Assembly: GCA_041736305.1 (NCBI GenBank)
Contig: JBGSTX010000178.1
Span: forward strand, 1-14,110
Direction of reading: 5' to 3'
Length of the DNA: 14,110 bases
DNA from: Oligoflexus sp.
GTDB taxonomy: Bacteria > Bdellovibrionota_B > Oligoflexia > Oligoflexales > Oligoflexaceae
Positions 1-7,333 of this stretch are shown piece by piece. The notes below the pieces were generated by a model. The model did no database searches. It saw only the letters and a list, made by a program, of their open reading frames with translations, and had not been told where the DNA came from. How positions within the stretch are numbered: position 1 is the first letter of the stretch; every line of letters starts with the position of its first letter. Position numbers and translations under genes: made by a program.

Positions 1-411
1 AGCGCTCAATGGACTCAAAGAGCCTTCTGGAAAGCCAAGTAGAGTCTCCGCGCCAACCAAATTTATCCCGTTTGAAAGCAGATAGACTAGCAAAAGAGCC
101 GTCGAACCCCAGAGGATGACTCCCTGAAGAAAAGCTTCGCTCAGTCTCTCTCCATCAGATAAATAGCTCGCGGTGTAGCCTCCAGCAAACATCGAAGCGA
201 CGGTTAAGACAAACAGCCAGACCGGAGTGCCTCCTCCCTGCTGGTTCGCTTCCAAAGTTCCGGTGATGGCTGCTGCAAAGGATCCAATGACCATAAACAT
301 CGTCATGGCGACTAGGATCCCTCCAAGCGTAGCTCCCCAAGCGATACGACTTCGGACTTTCATTGCTTCGCTTTCAGCTGTTACATCTAGCATAAAGTCA
401 GGCTCCTGCAT
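1..411 (-). CDS. Multi-pass membrane protein, 3' end runs off the window (absent from the ORF track)
   Basis: Manual translation from ATG at 411 (in-frame TAA upstream at 429-427): MQEPDFMLDVTAESEAMKVRSRIAWGATLGGILVAMTMFMVIGSFAAAITG...WLFVLTVASMFAGGYTASYLS...AFLQGVILWGSTALLLVYLLSNG..., open to position 1. It has at least 3 hydrophobic segments and an 'RIxWGA..G' motif seen in uncharacterised small membrane proteins. Alternative ATGs at 393 and 363. Confidence 0.75.
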   Translation of the reverse strand, partial: MQEPDFMLDVTAESEAMKVRSRIAWGATLGGILVAMTMFMVIGSFAAAITGTLEANQQGGGTPVWLFVLTVASMFAGGYTASYLSDGERLSEAFLQGVILWGSTALLLVYLLSNGINLVGAETLLGFPEGSLSPLSA

Positions 412-471
412 GAACGATGGATATGTTTTAACCCGGGGGTCAACCTGGGTACACGGACAGGATGGACAAGC

Positions 472-858
472 ATGAAAAATCAGCCCTTCTCTCGACGCTT
501 CTCCTGGGCTCTGCAGGGAATCTGGGTGACTTGGCAGCGGGAGGCGAGTTTTCGCACGCATGTCGTCTGCCTAGGTCTTCTTATTGTCTTGGTCCTGTTG
601 GTCCAACCGAGCCTCATCTGGTGCGCTTTTCTGCTCTCGAGCTCTTCAGCTGTCCTCGTCACCGAGCTGCTCAACACAGCTCTAGAAGAGGCGATGGACC
701 TCATCCATCCGGAGCTACATCCCGTCGTTAAACGCATCAAAGACGGGGCAGCGGGTGCGGTGCTTATAGCCAGTGGGAGCGCAGTCGGCATTTTTTGCCT
801 TTTCCTTTGGGCCCACTTTCATAAGAGCTTTTTTTTAGCACAATATGAAACCCCCTGA
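472..858 (+). CDS. dgkA: Prokaryotic diacylglycerol kinase / undecaprenol kinase family (DgkA-like)
   Basis: 128 aa with three hydrophobic segments and the family motifs 'E.SFR.H', 'ELLNTALE...D' and 'KDGAAGAVLI'. Substrate (DAG vs undecaprenol) cannot be told from the sequence. Confidence 0.9.
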   Translation: MKNQPFSRRFSWALQGIWVTWQREASFRTHVVCLGLLIVLVLLVQPSLIWCAFLLSSSSAVLVTELLNTALEEAMDLIHPELHPVVKRIKDGAAGAVLIASGSAVGIFCLFLWAHFHKSFFLAQYETP

Positions 859-871
859 ATACATGTAGCCT

Positions 872-1873
872 TCAGCTAGGGAGGGTGTCCGCTTTAACAG
901 CCCCGCGCGTTCCTATAGGCTTCTGGGCTCCTACTGTAGAATCAGAGCGCGTTTGATGCTCAATTTCAGCGTTCAGTTCAGTGCCCAAGAGAACAGCGTA
1001 GGAAAGCATATAAAGCCAGAGAAGCAGAATCACGACCCCTGCTATACTGCCGTAAGTTTTGTTATAAGACCCAAAGCGGTCGACATAAAATGCCAAACCC
1101 AAAGAAGCCAGGAGAATGATCAGAGTCGCGGTCAAGGTCCCGATAGTAACCCAACGCCACTTAGGTTCAGCTCGAGATGGTCCGTATCGATTTAATATAG
1201 CCAAGCCTACGATGAATAGTGCCGCTAGGAGAGGCCAGCGCATCAGGAGCAAGAGTTCGTCGCGGAAACTAGTGAGACCAATAAAGTCGAGTACCACAGG
1301 CAAGATGGCAACCAAGGCAGCCGCAGAAATAACGGTAACGACTCCCCCCAGAGTCAGGAGCAGAGCCTGAGCCTGCAAGCGAAAGAAACCTCGCTTCTCC
1401 TCCTCATCGTAGGCGATGTTCATCCCTTGAATAAGTGATTTGGATCCGCTGGAAGCCGTCCAGAGCGCCACGACTATGCTGACGATCGCGCTGAGTCCGA
1501 GTTTGGTTCCAGAGTTGCTGCTGATCTTATGCATCTGCTCGGCTAGAAGCGCTGCAGCATCACGCGGCATAATTTCGTAGAGTGAGCTGATATGGGTCTC
1601 GACCTGAGTTGGATCAGCGAAGAGACCGTATATAGAAACCGTCGCGAGCAAGAGAGGGAAGAGGGAGAAAAGCGCATAATAGGCTATCGCAGCCGCCATG
1701 AGTCCAATCTGGTCAGAACTCACCTCGTTTTTGACTCGGATCAGGATCTCTTTCCAATCGGCCCACTTGAATTGCAGCGGGGAATTAGCATGGGGATAAT
1801 CAAGGGAAGGCCGCCTTTTGCGCTTGGAGTCATTTTTTGACTCAGTGTAGGGTATTGAAGGGCTGGTGCTCAT
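872..1873 (-). CDS. YihY/virulence factor BrkB family inner-membrane protein
   Basis: Motifs 'AAAIAYYALFSLFPLL', 'LWTASSG', 'N.AYD..E.R' and 'YNKTYGSIAGVVILLLWLY...LLG.ELNAE'. Start placed at ATG 1873 because AGGAGG precedes it; the track uses GTG 1891. Confidence 0.93.
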   Translation of the reverse strand: MSTSPSIPYTESKNDSKRKRRPSLDYPHANSPLQFKWADWKEILIRVKNEVSSDQIGLMAAAIAYYALFSLFPLLLATVSIYGLFADPTQVETHISSLYEIMPRDAAALLAEQMHKISSNSGTKLGLSAIVSIVVALWTASSGSKSLIQGMNIAYDEEEKRGFFRLQAQALLLTLGGVVTVISAAALVAILPVVLDFIGLTSFRDELLLLMRWPLLAALFIVGLAILNRYGPSRAEPKWRWVTIGTLTATLIILLASLGLAFYVDRFGSYNKTYGSIAGVVILLLWLYMLSYAVLLGTELNAEIEHQTRSDSTVGAQKPIGTRGAVKADTLPS

Positions 1874-1963
1874 AAATTCCTCCTGGGACACGCTTCAGAT
1901 CGAGTAAAAAGGGAAATTTGGCGCCGTTTTGACCTATTTCGCAGCTTACTCTCGAGCTTAGAT

Positions 1964-1980
1964 AGCAGAAGCGATGCCAA
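1964..1980 (-). promoter_or_regulatory. Putative sigma-54 -24/-12 promoter for the YihY-family gene
   Basis: Minus strand TTGGCATCGCTTCTGCT = GG-N10-GC, about 90 bp upstream of the ATG and in the correct orientation. Confidence 0.6.
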
Positions 1981-2006
1981 AATTCGGAAACGCGTAAAGA
2001 AAATAT

Positions 2007-2036
2007 AAAAAAAAGCACTCATCGAGCGATGAGTGC
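2007..2036 (-). terminator. Intrinsic terminator of the Lys-rich protein gene
   Basis: GCACTCATCG(2015-2024)/CGATGAGTGC(2027-2036) perfect inverted repeat followed by T8 on the minus strand, 26 bp after the stop codon. Confidence 0.85.
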
Positions 2037-2062
2037 CAAGATTAGACAGGTAGATCTATGGT

Positions 2063-2902
2063 TTAGGACTTCTTCGTTTTTTTCCGACCGCTGGTCTTTT
2101 TCTTAGCTCCAGCTCCACGGCTTTTGACTTTTGATTTTGCTTTGGCCTTAGAAGCTGGCTTTCTGGCCGTTTTTGCTTTGCCCTTACCCTTGGCTTTAGT
2201 GGGTTTGGACTTAGACTTTTTAGCTCCCTTGCTCTTCGATTTAGCAGGTGCTTTTTTACTTTTTGCTTTGGTTTTCGTCTTGGCTTTGGTTTTGGCCTTG
2301 CTTTTACTTTTACTCTTGCCTGCAGTTTTCTTCTTTGCCGTCTTAGCCTTCGACTTACGTTTCGCGCTCTTCACCGAGCTCTTCTTGGCCGGGGATTTCC
2401 GGGCTTTTTTGCTGGGTTTTTCGTCGTCATCGGTCTCTTCATCGGAGTCGGATGTTTCGTCTTCCTCATCATCGTCTGCCTCGGCCTCCTCATCCGCCTC
2501 ATCTTCGTCGGAATCATCGTCTTCTATATCTTCTTCATCGTCGCTATCATCCGCTTCTTCATTCTCGTCTGTGCTGTCGCTGCTCTCAGAATCTTCATCG
2601 TCACCTGCGGCCGAAGCCTTGCTTGACCAAGCCTGTCCGGCGGTGCTTAGAATGCTGTCAATCGCCGTCATGATTTTTTGTAGCTCGATGTCGAGGTGAG
2701 AGGGCTCATCGATTTCATTCAGAGATCCGATTATATACCGGACCCTGCTCTGAACCTCGTGCTCGAGTTGGCTGAGCAAATGCTCATAAGCTTCGACATG
2801 GGCATAGGACGCAAAAATCTTTTTGAGCTTATCGCCTATAGCCGGTTTCGTTTGTATCATCCGTTGCAGCAGTACTAGATAATTTTGCGAATCTAACTCC
2901 AT
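2063..2902 (-). CDS. Hypothetical protein: N-terminal helical-looking domain, acidic block and histone H1-like Lys/Ala/Ser tail
   Basis: About 100 aa of complex sequence, then 61 aa with 44 D/E and no K/R, then 118 aa with 56 K/R and no D/E. It has its own terminator. Start is ATG 2902 or TTG 2908. Confidence 0.85.
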   Translation of the reverse strand: MELDSQNYLVLLQRMIQTKPAIGDKLKKIFASYAHVEAYEHLLSQLEHEVQSRVRYIIGSLNEIDEPSHLDIELQKIMTAIDSILSTAGQAWSSKASAAGDDEDSESSDSTDENEEADDSDDEEDIEDDDSDEDEADEEAEADDDEEDETSDSDEETDDDEKPSKKARKSPAKKSSVKSAKRKSKAKTAKKKTAGKSKSKSKAKTKAKTKTKAKSKKAPAKSKSKGAKKSKSKPTKAKGKGKAKTARKPASKAKAKSKVKSRGAGAKKKTSGRKKTKKS

Positions 2903-2940
2903 AGTCAACCCCGAAGCGATGAAACCTTAAATTTAAAGCG

Positions 2941-2957
2941 TGCATGTAACACGCCGA
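2941..2957 (-). promoter_or_regulatory. Possible sigma-54 promoter for the Lys-rich protein gene
   Basis: Minus strand TCGGCGTGTTACATGCA = GG-N10-GC, about 40 bp upstream of the ATG; a weaker match to the TGGCAC-N5-TTGC consensus. Confidence 0.4.
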
Positions 2958-3269
2958 TGCTTCGCCAAGCAAACATCTTTAGTCAATCTACGCATGATCC
3001 GAGGGTATAATCAAGTTCTTGTGCGAGTATTTTCAAAGATCTACGCATTTTGCCACGAGCTTGCCGTTTGTCTTTCGCAAATTTTTAAATTCTCGAACTG
3101 CCCTGCAAAGCGCTCAGGGATTGGGTCCAAGATCCAAGCACATGAAAAAACCCACTGGGGACAAGCCCGAGGGATGGAGATAGGTCCACGGCTGAAAAGT
3201 CTCCTGCCTCTATAAAGACAGCCATTCAGATGTAGGTCAAGCGGAGCGGTAAGCTGCAAAGGGATATTG

Positions 3270-3286
3270 CTGGCAAGAAAAATGCA
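3270..3286 (+). promoter_or_regulatory. Putative sigma-54 promoter for the SDR-DUF2795 unit
   Basis: CTGGCAAGAAAAATGCA = GG-N10-GC, about 100 bp upstream of ATG 3385. Confidence 0.55.
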
Positions 3287-3384
3287 GAGACAGACCTTGA
3301 TCCCTTCGTGAGGCCAGTGATGCTTTTCAAGCATGTTCTGAAATACCCAATCGCTTTTTAATTTTCAGTTTGGGAGATGAGCGC

Positions 3385-4260
3385 ATGAGTCAAAATGAGA
3401 ACAATGAACACGAAGAAATCCATGCCGGGACAGTCGACGATCAGCAGCCTGGACGTGAATATTACATGCATCCTTCCCCTAAATTTGATGATGCCGCCTA
3501 TGTCGGCACAAGGAAACTCGCTGACCAGGTCGTCCTGATCACCGGTGGGGACAGCGGGATAGGCCGGGCCATCGCTGTTCTAGCAGCGAAGGAAGGGGCT
3601 GACATCGCCATTGTCTATCTCGACGAGCATCAGGACGCACAAGACACCAAACACATCGTCGAAGGCTATGGACGCCAGTGCCTGCTCATCGCAGGCGACG
3701 TTGGGGACGAAGCCTTTTGCAAGGAGGCAGTCCACCGAGCTGTTGAAGGGCTCGGTCGCTTAGACTGTATGATCCTCAACGCGGCCGAGCAACACCCCGT
3801 CGCCGACATTGCGGATATTTCCGCTGAACAGCTGGAAAGAACCTTCAGGACTAACATTTTTTCGCATTTCTATCTCACTAAAGCCGCTCTCGATCACCTC
3901 CACGTTGGTTCGACTATTATTACCTGCTCTTCCGTCAACGCCTACCGGGGCCACGATTCTTTGATCGATTACTCGGCTACCAAAGGAGCTATCACCGCAT
4001 TTACCCGCTCGCTGGCGCGGGCGCTGGTTAAGCGAGGGATCCGCGTTAATAGCGTTGCGCCTGGGCCCATCTGGACCCCACTGATTACCTCTACCTTCCC
4101 CCCCGAAGAAGTCGCATCATTCGGGCAAAACACACCGATGGGTCGGGCCGGAGAGCCGGTTGAAGTGGCGAAGTGCTTTATATTCTTAGCCTCGCATGAC
4201 TCGTCCTACCTCACCGGACAAACCCTGCACCCAGATGGTGGCATGTTCGTTACTAGCTGA
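3385..4260 (+). CDS. Short-chain dehydrogenase/reductase, general-stress YdaD/YhdF/YghA-like subgroup
   Basis: TGGDSGIG (TGxxxGxG), NAA, catalytic YSATK (YxxxK), 'RVNSVAPGPIWTP', and an N-terminal extension with QQPG. GGAG RBS at 3373-3376 supports ATG 3385. Confidence 0.93.
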   Translation: MSQNENNEHEEIHAGTVDDQQPGREYYMHPSPKFDDAAYVGTRKLADQVVLITGGDSGIGRAIAVLAAKEGADIAIVYLDEHQDAQDTKHIVEGYGRQCLLIAGDVGDEAFCKEAVHRAVEGLGRLDCMILNAAEQHPVADIADISAEQLERTFRTNIFSHFYLTKAALDHLHVGSTIITCSSVNAYRGHDSLIDYSATKGAITAFTRSLARALVKRGIRVNSVAPGPIWTPLITSTFPPEEVASFGQNTPMGRAGEPVEVAKCFIFLASHDSSYLTGQTLHPDGGMFVTS

Positions 4261-4285
4261 TAGGCCACTTTTTTGGGGGTTTGGC

Positions 4286-4516
4286 ATGCTTGGTGATATT
4301 GAACGCAGCAAGATTTGGCACTGGAAACGCTACCTTGAAGGACTACGCTACCCGGCCGTTAAAGAAGATATCCTGGTTAAAGCTCGACGAATGAATGCAC
4401 CGGCTGAAATGATCGACTTGCTGCTTGGCTCGCCGGAGCGGCGGTATGAGAAGGTGGAGGAGGTTCTTGAGCTTATTGAGGCTCTGGACGTGAGGAGAGA
4501 TCCGGAAGGCCGCTGA
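4286..4516 (+). CDS. DUF2795 domain-containing small protein
   Basis: 'YLEGLRYPAVKEDILVKARRMNAPAEMIDLLLGSPERRYEKVEEV' matches the DUF2795 pattern (L.G..YPA.K..L...A....A......L..LP...Y....EV). ATG 4286 is 25 bp after the SDR stop. Confidence 0.85.
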   Translation: MLGDIERSKIWHWKRYLEGLRYPAVKEDILVKARRMNAPAEMIDLLLGSPERRYEKVEEVLELIEALDVRRDPEGR

Positions 4517-4562
4517 ACTTGCAGCTTTTACTCCGGATTTGCTTGTATCTTGCACTGAAGAT

Positions 4563-4642
4563 GGGCTGGGGCTGGGGCTGGGTTTTGGTTCTCATTCGGG
4601 ACCTGGTTCGGGTTCGGGGTCTGGTTCGGGATCTAATTCGGG
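4563..4642 (+). repeat. G-rich simple repeats: GGGCTGGGGCTGGGGCTGGG plus five TTCGGG units
   Basis: G3CT-G4CT-G4CT-G3 at 4563-4582; TTCGGG at 4595, 4607, 4613, 4625 and 4637 (6/12-bp spacing). Confidence 0.85.
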
Positions 4643-4672
4643 ATCCAGCTGATAGCTGTGAGTTGATGGAGG

Positions 4673-4712
4673 AGGTAGAGATTTCTGATCTTTAGATCAG
4701 AGATCTCTACCT
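4673..4712. repeat. 40-bp near-perfect palindrome bounded by GTAG...CTAC (REP-like)
   Basis: AGGTAGAGATTTCTGATCT-TT-AGATCAGAGATCTCTACCT: 19-bp arms with a single T/G mismatch (4683/4702) and no poly-T tail on either strand. It overlaps the stop codon of the minus-strand gene. Confidence 0.85.
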
Positions 4713-5223
4713 ACCTACCCCCCTCGTAATTCCTAATCCTCTCTATCAACTTCGGACGAACCATATTCGTCCGATCCGGAATACCCAAAACATCCGCCAT
4801 CCTCAATAAATCCTCATCACTAAAACGATCAAACTCATTCCTCAAATCAAGAGGAATCGCCGGCGTAGGATCATGATGAGTCACCGGATCATGAATCTCC
4901 TCCGTAATCTGACCCACCGCCTCAAGCTGCGTATCCACCGACTCCGAACTGTAGTCGGAATCACCCAAAAGCCGGTCCTTACGCTCATAACTCCACGAAT
5001 CATCAGTATCCGCCGTACTACCACCCGAAACTATAGTATGACCCTTCAAAGCCATATCATCCCGATTCGCCATATGAGCCGTCTCCTCAAAAATCGTCTC
5101 CTGATCCTCCGAAAGCTCCTCACTATCCTGACCCAAACGCTCAGGAACACGACCCCCCTTCCCCTTAAACGATGCCCCGCTTTGACCGTGATTGCGTACC
5201 TTACTTACCTTCACTGTAGTCAT
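4711..5223 (-). CDS. Acidic hydrophilic protein with C-terminal Rho-termination-factor N-terminal-like (Rho_N/HeH) motif
   Basis: AGGAGG RBS before ATG 5223. The C-terminus 'FDRFSDEDLLRMADVLGIPDRTNMVRPKLIERIR' resembles the Rho_N pattern (L..MT..EL..LA..LGI.G.S.M.K..LI..I). The domain call is by eye. Confidence 0.75.
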   Translation of the reverse strand: MTTVKVSKVRNHGQSGASFKGKGGRVPERLGQDSEELSEDQETIFEETAHMANRDDMALKGHTIVSGGSTADTDDSWSYERKDRLLGDSDYSSESVDTQLEAVGQITEEIHDPVTHHDPTPAIPLDLRNEFDRFSDEDLLRMADVLGIPDRTNMVRPKLIERIRNYEGGR

Positions 5224-5461
5224 AAAACCTCCTGTTTGGCTGTCGCCCAAGCTCCACCAAAGAACATGCAAGAAGAATGCTATCACTCAGGATTTCTACG
5301 GAAAAGTTCTAGCTGAACCGCAGAATCAGCCAAGTTTGAAAATTAATAAACTACTGCGTAAAAAAAGCTTGCCTTAAATATGTCGCTCTGCCATATACGT
5401 CGAGCACCAAATCAAAATAGCATAGCAAATAAAACTCAAATCAGAACGATGGAGCTCCGAT

Positions 5462-6244
5462 ATGAAAGTTCAAACCATAAGCGCCTCCGCAATAATCGCT
5501 CTTGCTCTTGTAATCATCGGCTGCGGCAAAGATTCGAATAACAAAAAATCCTCTATAGACCCTGCACCAATCCCCAATAATGATAGCTTCTTCCCCGAAG
5601 ATCAGTTCGGCGATAATTCTGATGAATTCAACGGATCCTGCGGTCAATCACAAAATGGCTGCAATTCAGATTCGGATAGTCCCCGTCTTACTATCGTCTC
5701 TTCGCAATCTTGGCGCTACACAAACGCCAACCAAGCCCGCATCACAGAGTCTCCTGAAAGCTGCATCCAAAGCCTTAGCAGCAGTTCGAACGGCGTCGAT
5801 CTCAAACTCCGCAATATGGAAGTTCGCGCTGAATCAGATCGTTCAGGAGCTTCGGCCCGCTGCTTGATGCAGGCCAAAGTCCGCTATCCCAAAGGCTACT
5901 CTTTCGCAATCCGCAGAGTTCGTCTCACAGTCGATACCACTATCCGCTCAGGCGCTAGCGCTAGCTTCCAAGGATCCTATTCTGCTGTCGGGAGCACGAG
6001 CGTTGAAATGAGCCGATCTATTAATAAGAATGGAACCAGTTCCATAGTTATCGAAAAATCACTCAATAGCAGCGAATATGCTTGGTCGAGCTGTGACGGC
6101 GAAGGTACTTTGTCGGTCAATACCACCCTCAAGCTGCAAAGAAACGCAACTTTCTCCGGCGTCGATCCGAGTTCTATGGGAGATATCACGGTGAGCGATG
6201 AAGCTCCTTATCGAGTTGAGATCGTCTGGGCCAAGTGCAGCTGA
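5462..6244 (+). CDS. Lipoprotein with DUF4360-like domain
   Basis: Lipobox-like 'LVIIGC', a low-complexity linker, then 'ARC.M...VRYPKGYSFAI', 'GASA', 'WSSCDG...LSVNT.L.L' and terminal 'W.KC', resembling DUF4360. GGAG RBS at 5451-5454. Confidence 0.75.
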   Translation: MKVQTISASAIIALALVIIGCGKDSNNKKSSIDPAPIPNNDSFFPEDQFGDNSDEFNGSCGQSQNGCNSDSDSPRLTIVSSQSWRYTNANQARITESPESCIQSLSSSSNGVDLKLRNMEVRAESDRSGASARCLMQAKVRYPKGYSFAIRRVRLTVDTTIRSGASASFQGSYSAVGSTSVEMSRSINKNGTSSIVIEKSLNSSEYAWSSCDGEGTLSVNTTLKLQRNATFSGVDPSSMGDITVSDEAPYRVEIVWAKCS

Positions 6245-6258
6245 GACATTTAGCAAAT

Positions 6259-6291
6259 AAAAAAAGGCTAGCCGTTCGCTAGCCTTTTTTT
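6259..6291. terminator. Bidirectional intrinsic terminator
   Basis: A7-GGCTAGC-CGTTC-GCTAGCC-T7 between convergent genes. Confidence 0.92.
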
Positions 6292-6307
6292 GCTTTGAGG
6301 CCCAGCC

Positions 6308-6775
6308 TCAAGCAGTCTTATGATTGCCGAAGGGATCCATCTTAAATGGATCACCTAGACCCGCCAAGCCCTCTTCCCAAACTTTAATGTGAAGCGGATC
6401 GACCGAAAGCAGTTCGGCCCCAAGGAACACACGGAGAATCGTCCCCGTTTCGAGGGCAACTGAGCCCTCCTCTTTGCGCCTCACCACCACCTTGAGATGG
6501 ATAGGCCGGCGAAAGACACTGGATGACGTATCGATCGTGAGATTAAGGACGTCGCCTATCGAAAATGGAATATGGCCATAACCCAGATACTCAAGGCCAA
6601 CCCCCGAAGCAGAAACATTCGCAAGATTGAGCCAGAAACAGGCGCAACGCGATCGATCGTTTTTCACAATCGTCTTCACACCGTTGATGAGATTGAAGCG
6701 CTGAAAACGCGATTTCATGTGGTGATGTTTGTTTTGTCGCACAATTCGGCTTTCATGAAATGTCTGGTTTTTCAA
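6308..6775 (-). CDS. PilZ-like domain protein (start uncertain; may be GTG 6742 or ATG 6718)
   Basis: 'SRFQRF' followed by 'NVSASG' (D/NxSxxG) and a beta-rich pattern 'GDVLNLTI...LKVVVRR...GAEL'. Confidence 0.7.
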   Translation of the reverse strand: MKNQTFHESRIVRQNKHHHMKSRFQRFNLINGVKTIVKNDRSRCACFWLNLANVSASGVGLEYLGYGHIPFSIGDVLNLTIDTSSSVFRRPIHLKVVVRRKEEGSVALETGTILRVFLGAELLSVDPLHIKVWEEGLAGLGDPFKMDPFGNHKTA

Positions 6776-6784
6776 ACACTAAGT

Positions 6785-6811
6785 CTTTCGACTCATTTCC
6801 AGAAAGCTTGA
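6785..6811 (-). promoter_or_regulatory. Putative sigma-28 (FliA)-like promoter for the PilZ-like gene
   Basis: Minus strand TCAA-N15-GTCGAAAG, compared with the FliA consensus TAAA-N15-GCCGATAA. Confidence 0.5.
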
Positions 6812-7256
6812 AACCTAAATGGAACTTGGTGCAACGACGGGACAAAATACGATATCTCAATGCCCTCATCAAATGTTCAAGTTCGCCCACATCCGCATTT
6901 TTTCAATTCTGCCTTCAGGGTAGTTTTTTTCCGAGCATTTGGCTGAGACGCGGACGCTCCAAGCTGGCCCCTCCCCCAACAGGCGCGCAGTGAGCCCACT
7001 GCCTAAAAATCCGCTTGCACCGCTTAGCGCTGTTTTCATTAAGATTCCTGCTTTATGGGGAGTGGGGGTAGGCGCAAGATATTCGCCTTACTCTATGATT
7101 CTCAAGAGGAAAGCAAGCTGTCAACGGCCCAGGCATAGGACTGAGCCCTCGCGTGACACCCTGCAGCAGAATTGGTCACATTCGATAAATCCTGCCTTAC
7201 AGTAAATTTCGGCTAAACACCTGGACTTCTCTCCCTTTGCCCGGAGCCAGATGGGG

Positions 7257-7273
7257 CTGGCACCGCTCTTGCT
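7257..7273 (+). promoter_or_regulatory. Sigma-54 -24/-12 promoter for the trypsin-fold lipoprotein gene
   Basis: CTGGCACCGCTCTTGCT matches TGGCAC-N5-TTGC exactly, about 60 bp upstream of ATG 7334. Confidence 0.75.
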
Positions 7274-7333
7274 CTACTGAAGCCGAGATCGCCTCACTCT
7301 GTGGGGCACAGCTGAATAACTGGAGAGTTGCTC

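Noticed and set aside
1-411. CrcB/Fluc fluoride channel
   Set aside because: The GG.LG-like start is superficially similar, but the GxxGxxTTFS motif is absent.
2124-2699. 191-aa hydrophobic/Ser-rich + strand ORF
   Set aside because: Antisense mirror of the Lys- and Asp/Glu-rich gene; the terminator orientation supports the minus-strand gene.
3151-3173. CCACTGGG shared with the 10609 hairpin
   Set aside because: Only 8 bp of identity and no matching second arm.
4561-4695. 44-aa ORF MGWGWGWVLVLIRDLVRVRG...
   Set aside because: Arises from the simple repeats, has no clear RBS and ends inside the palindrome; ribosome profiling would be needed to support it.
4873-5316. 147-aa + strand ORF antisense to the Rho_N-like gene
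   Set aside because: Shadow ORF: because the real gene's codons rarely end in A, the antisense frame rarely begins codons with T and so lacks stops. Its composition is also unnatural.
4400-5400. Replication terminus / dif site as the cause of the skew flip
   Set aside because: No dif-like XerC/D site was seen, and the G/T bias does not extend into the upstream SDR gene. It cannot be fully excluded without the whole genome.
7068-7091. GTAGGCG...CGCCTTAC possible degenerate REP hairpin
   Set aside because: Short imperfect stem, compatible with chance.
6812-7256. Long intergenic region as a riboswitch, ncRNA or small CDS
   Set aside because: No c-di-GMP or other riboswitch consensus recognised, and the short ORFs lack an RBS or family features. 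An Rfam/Infernal search would settle it.
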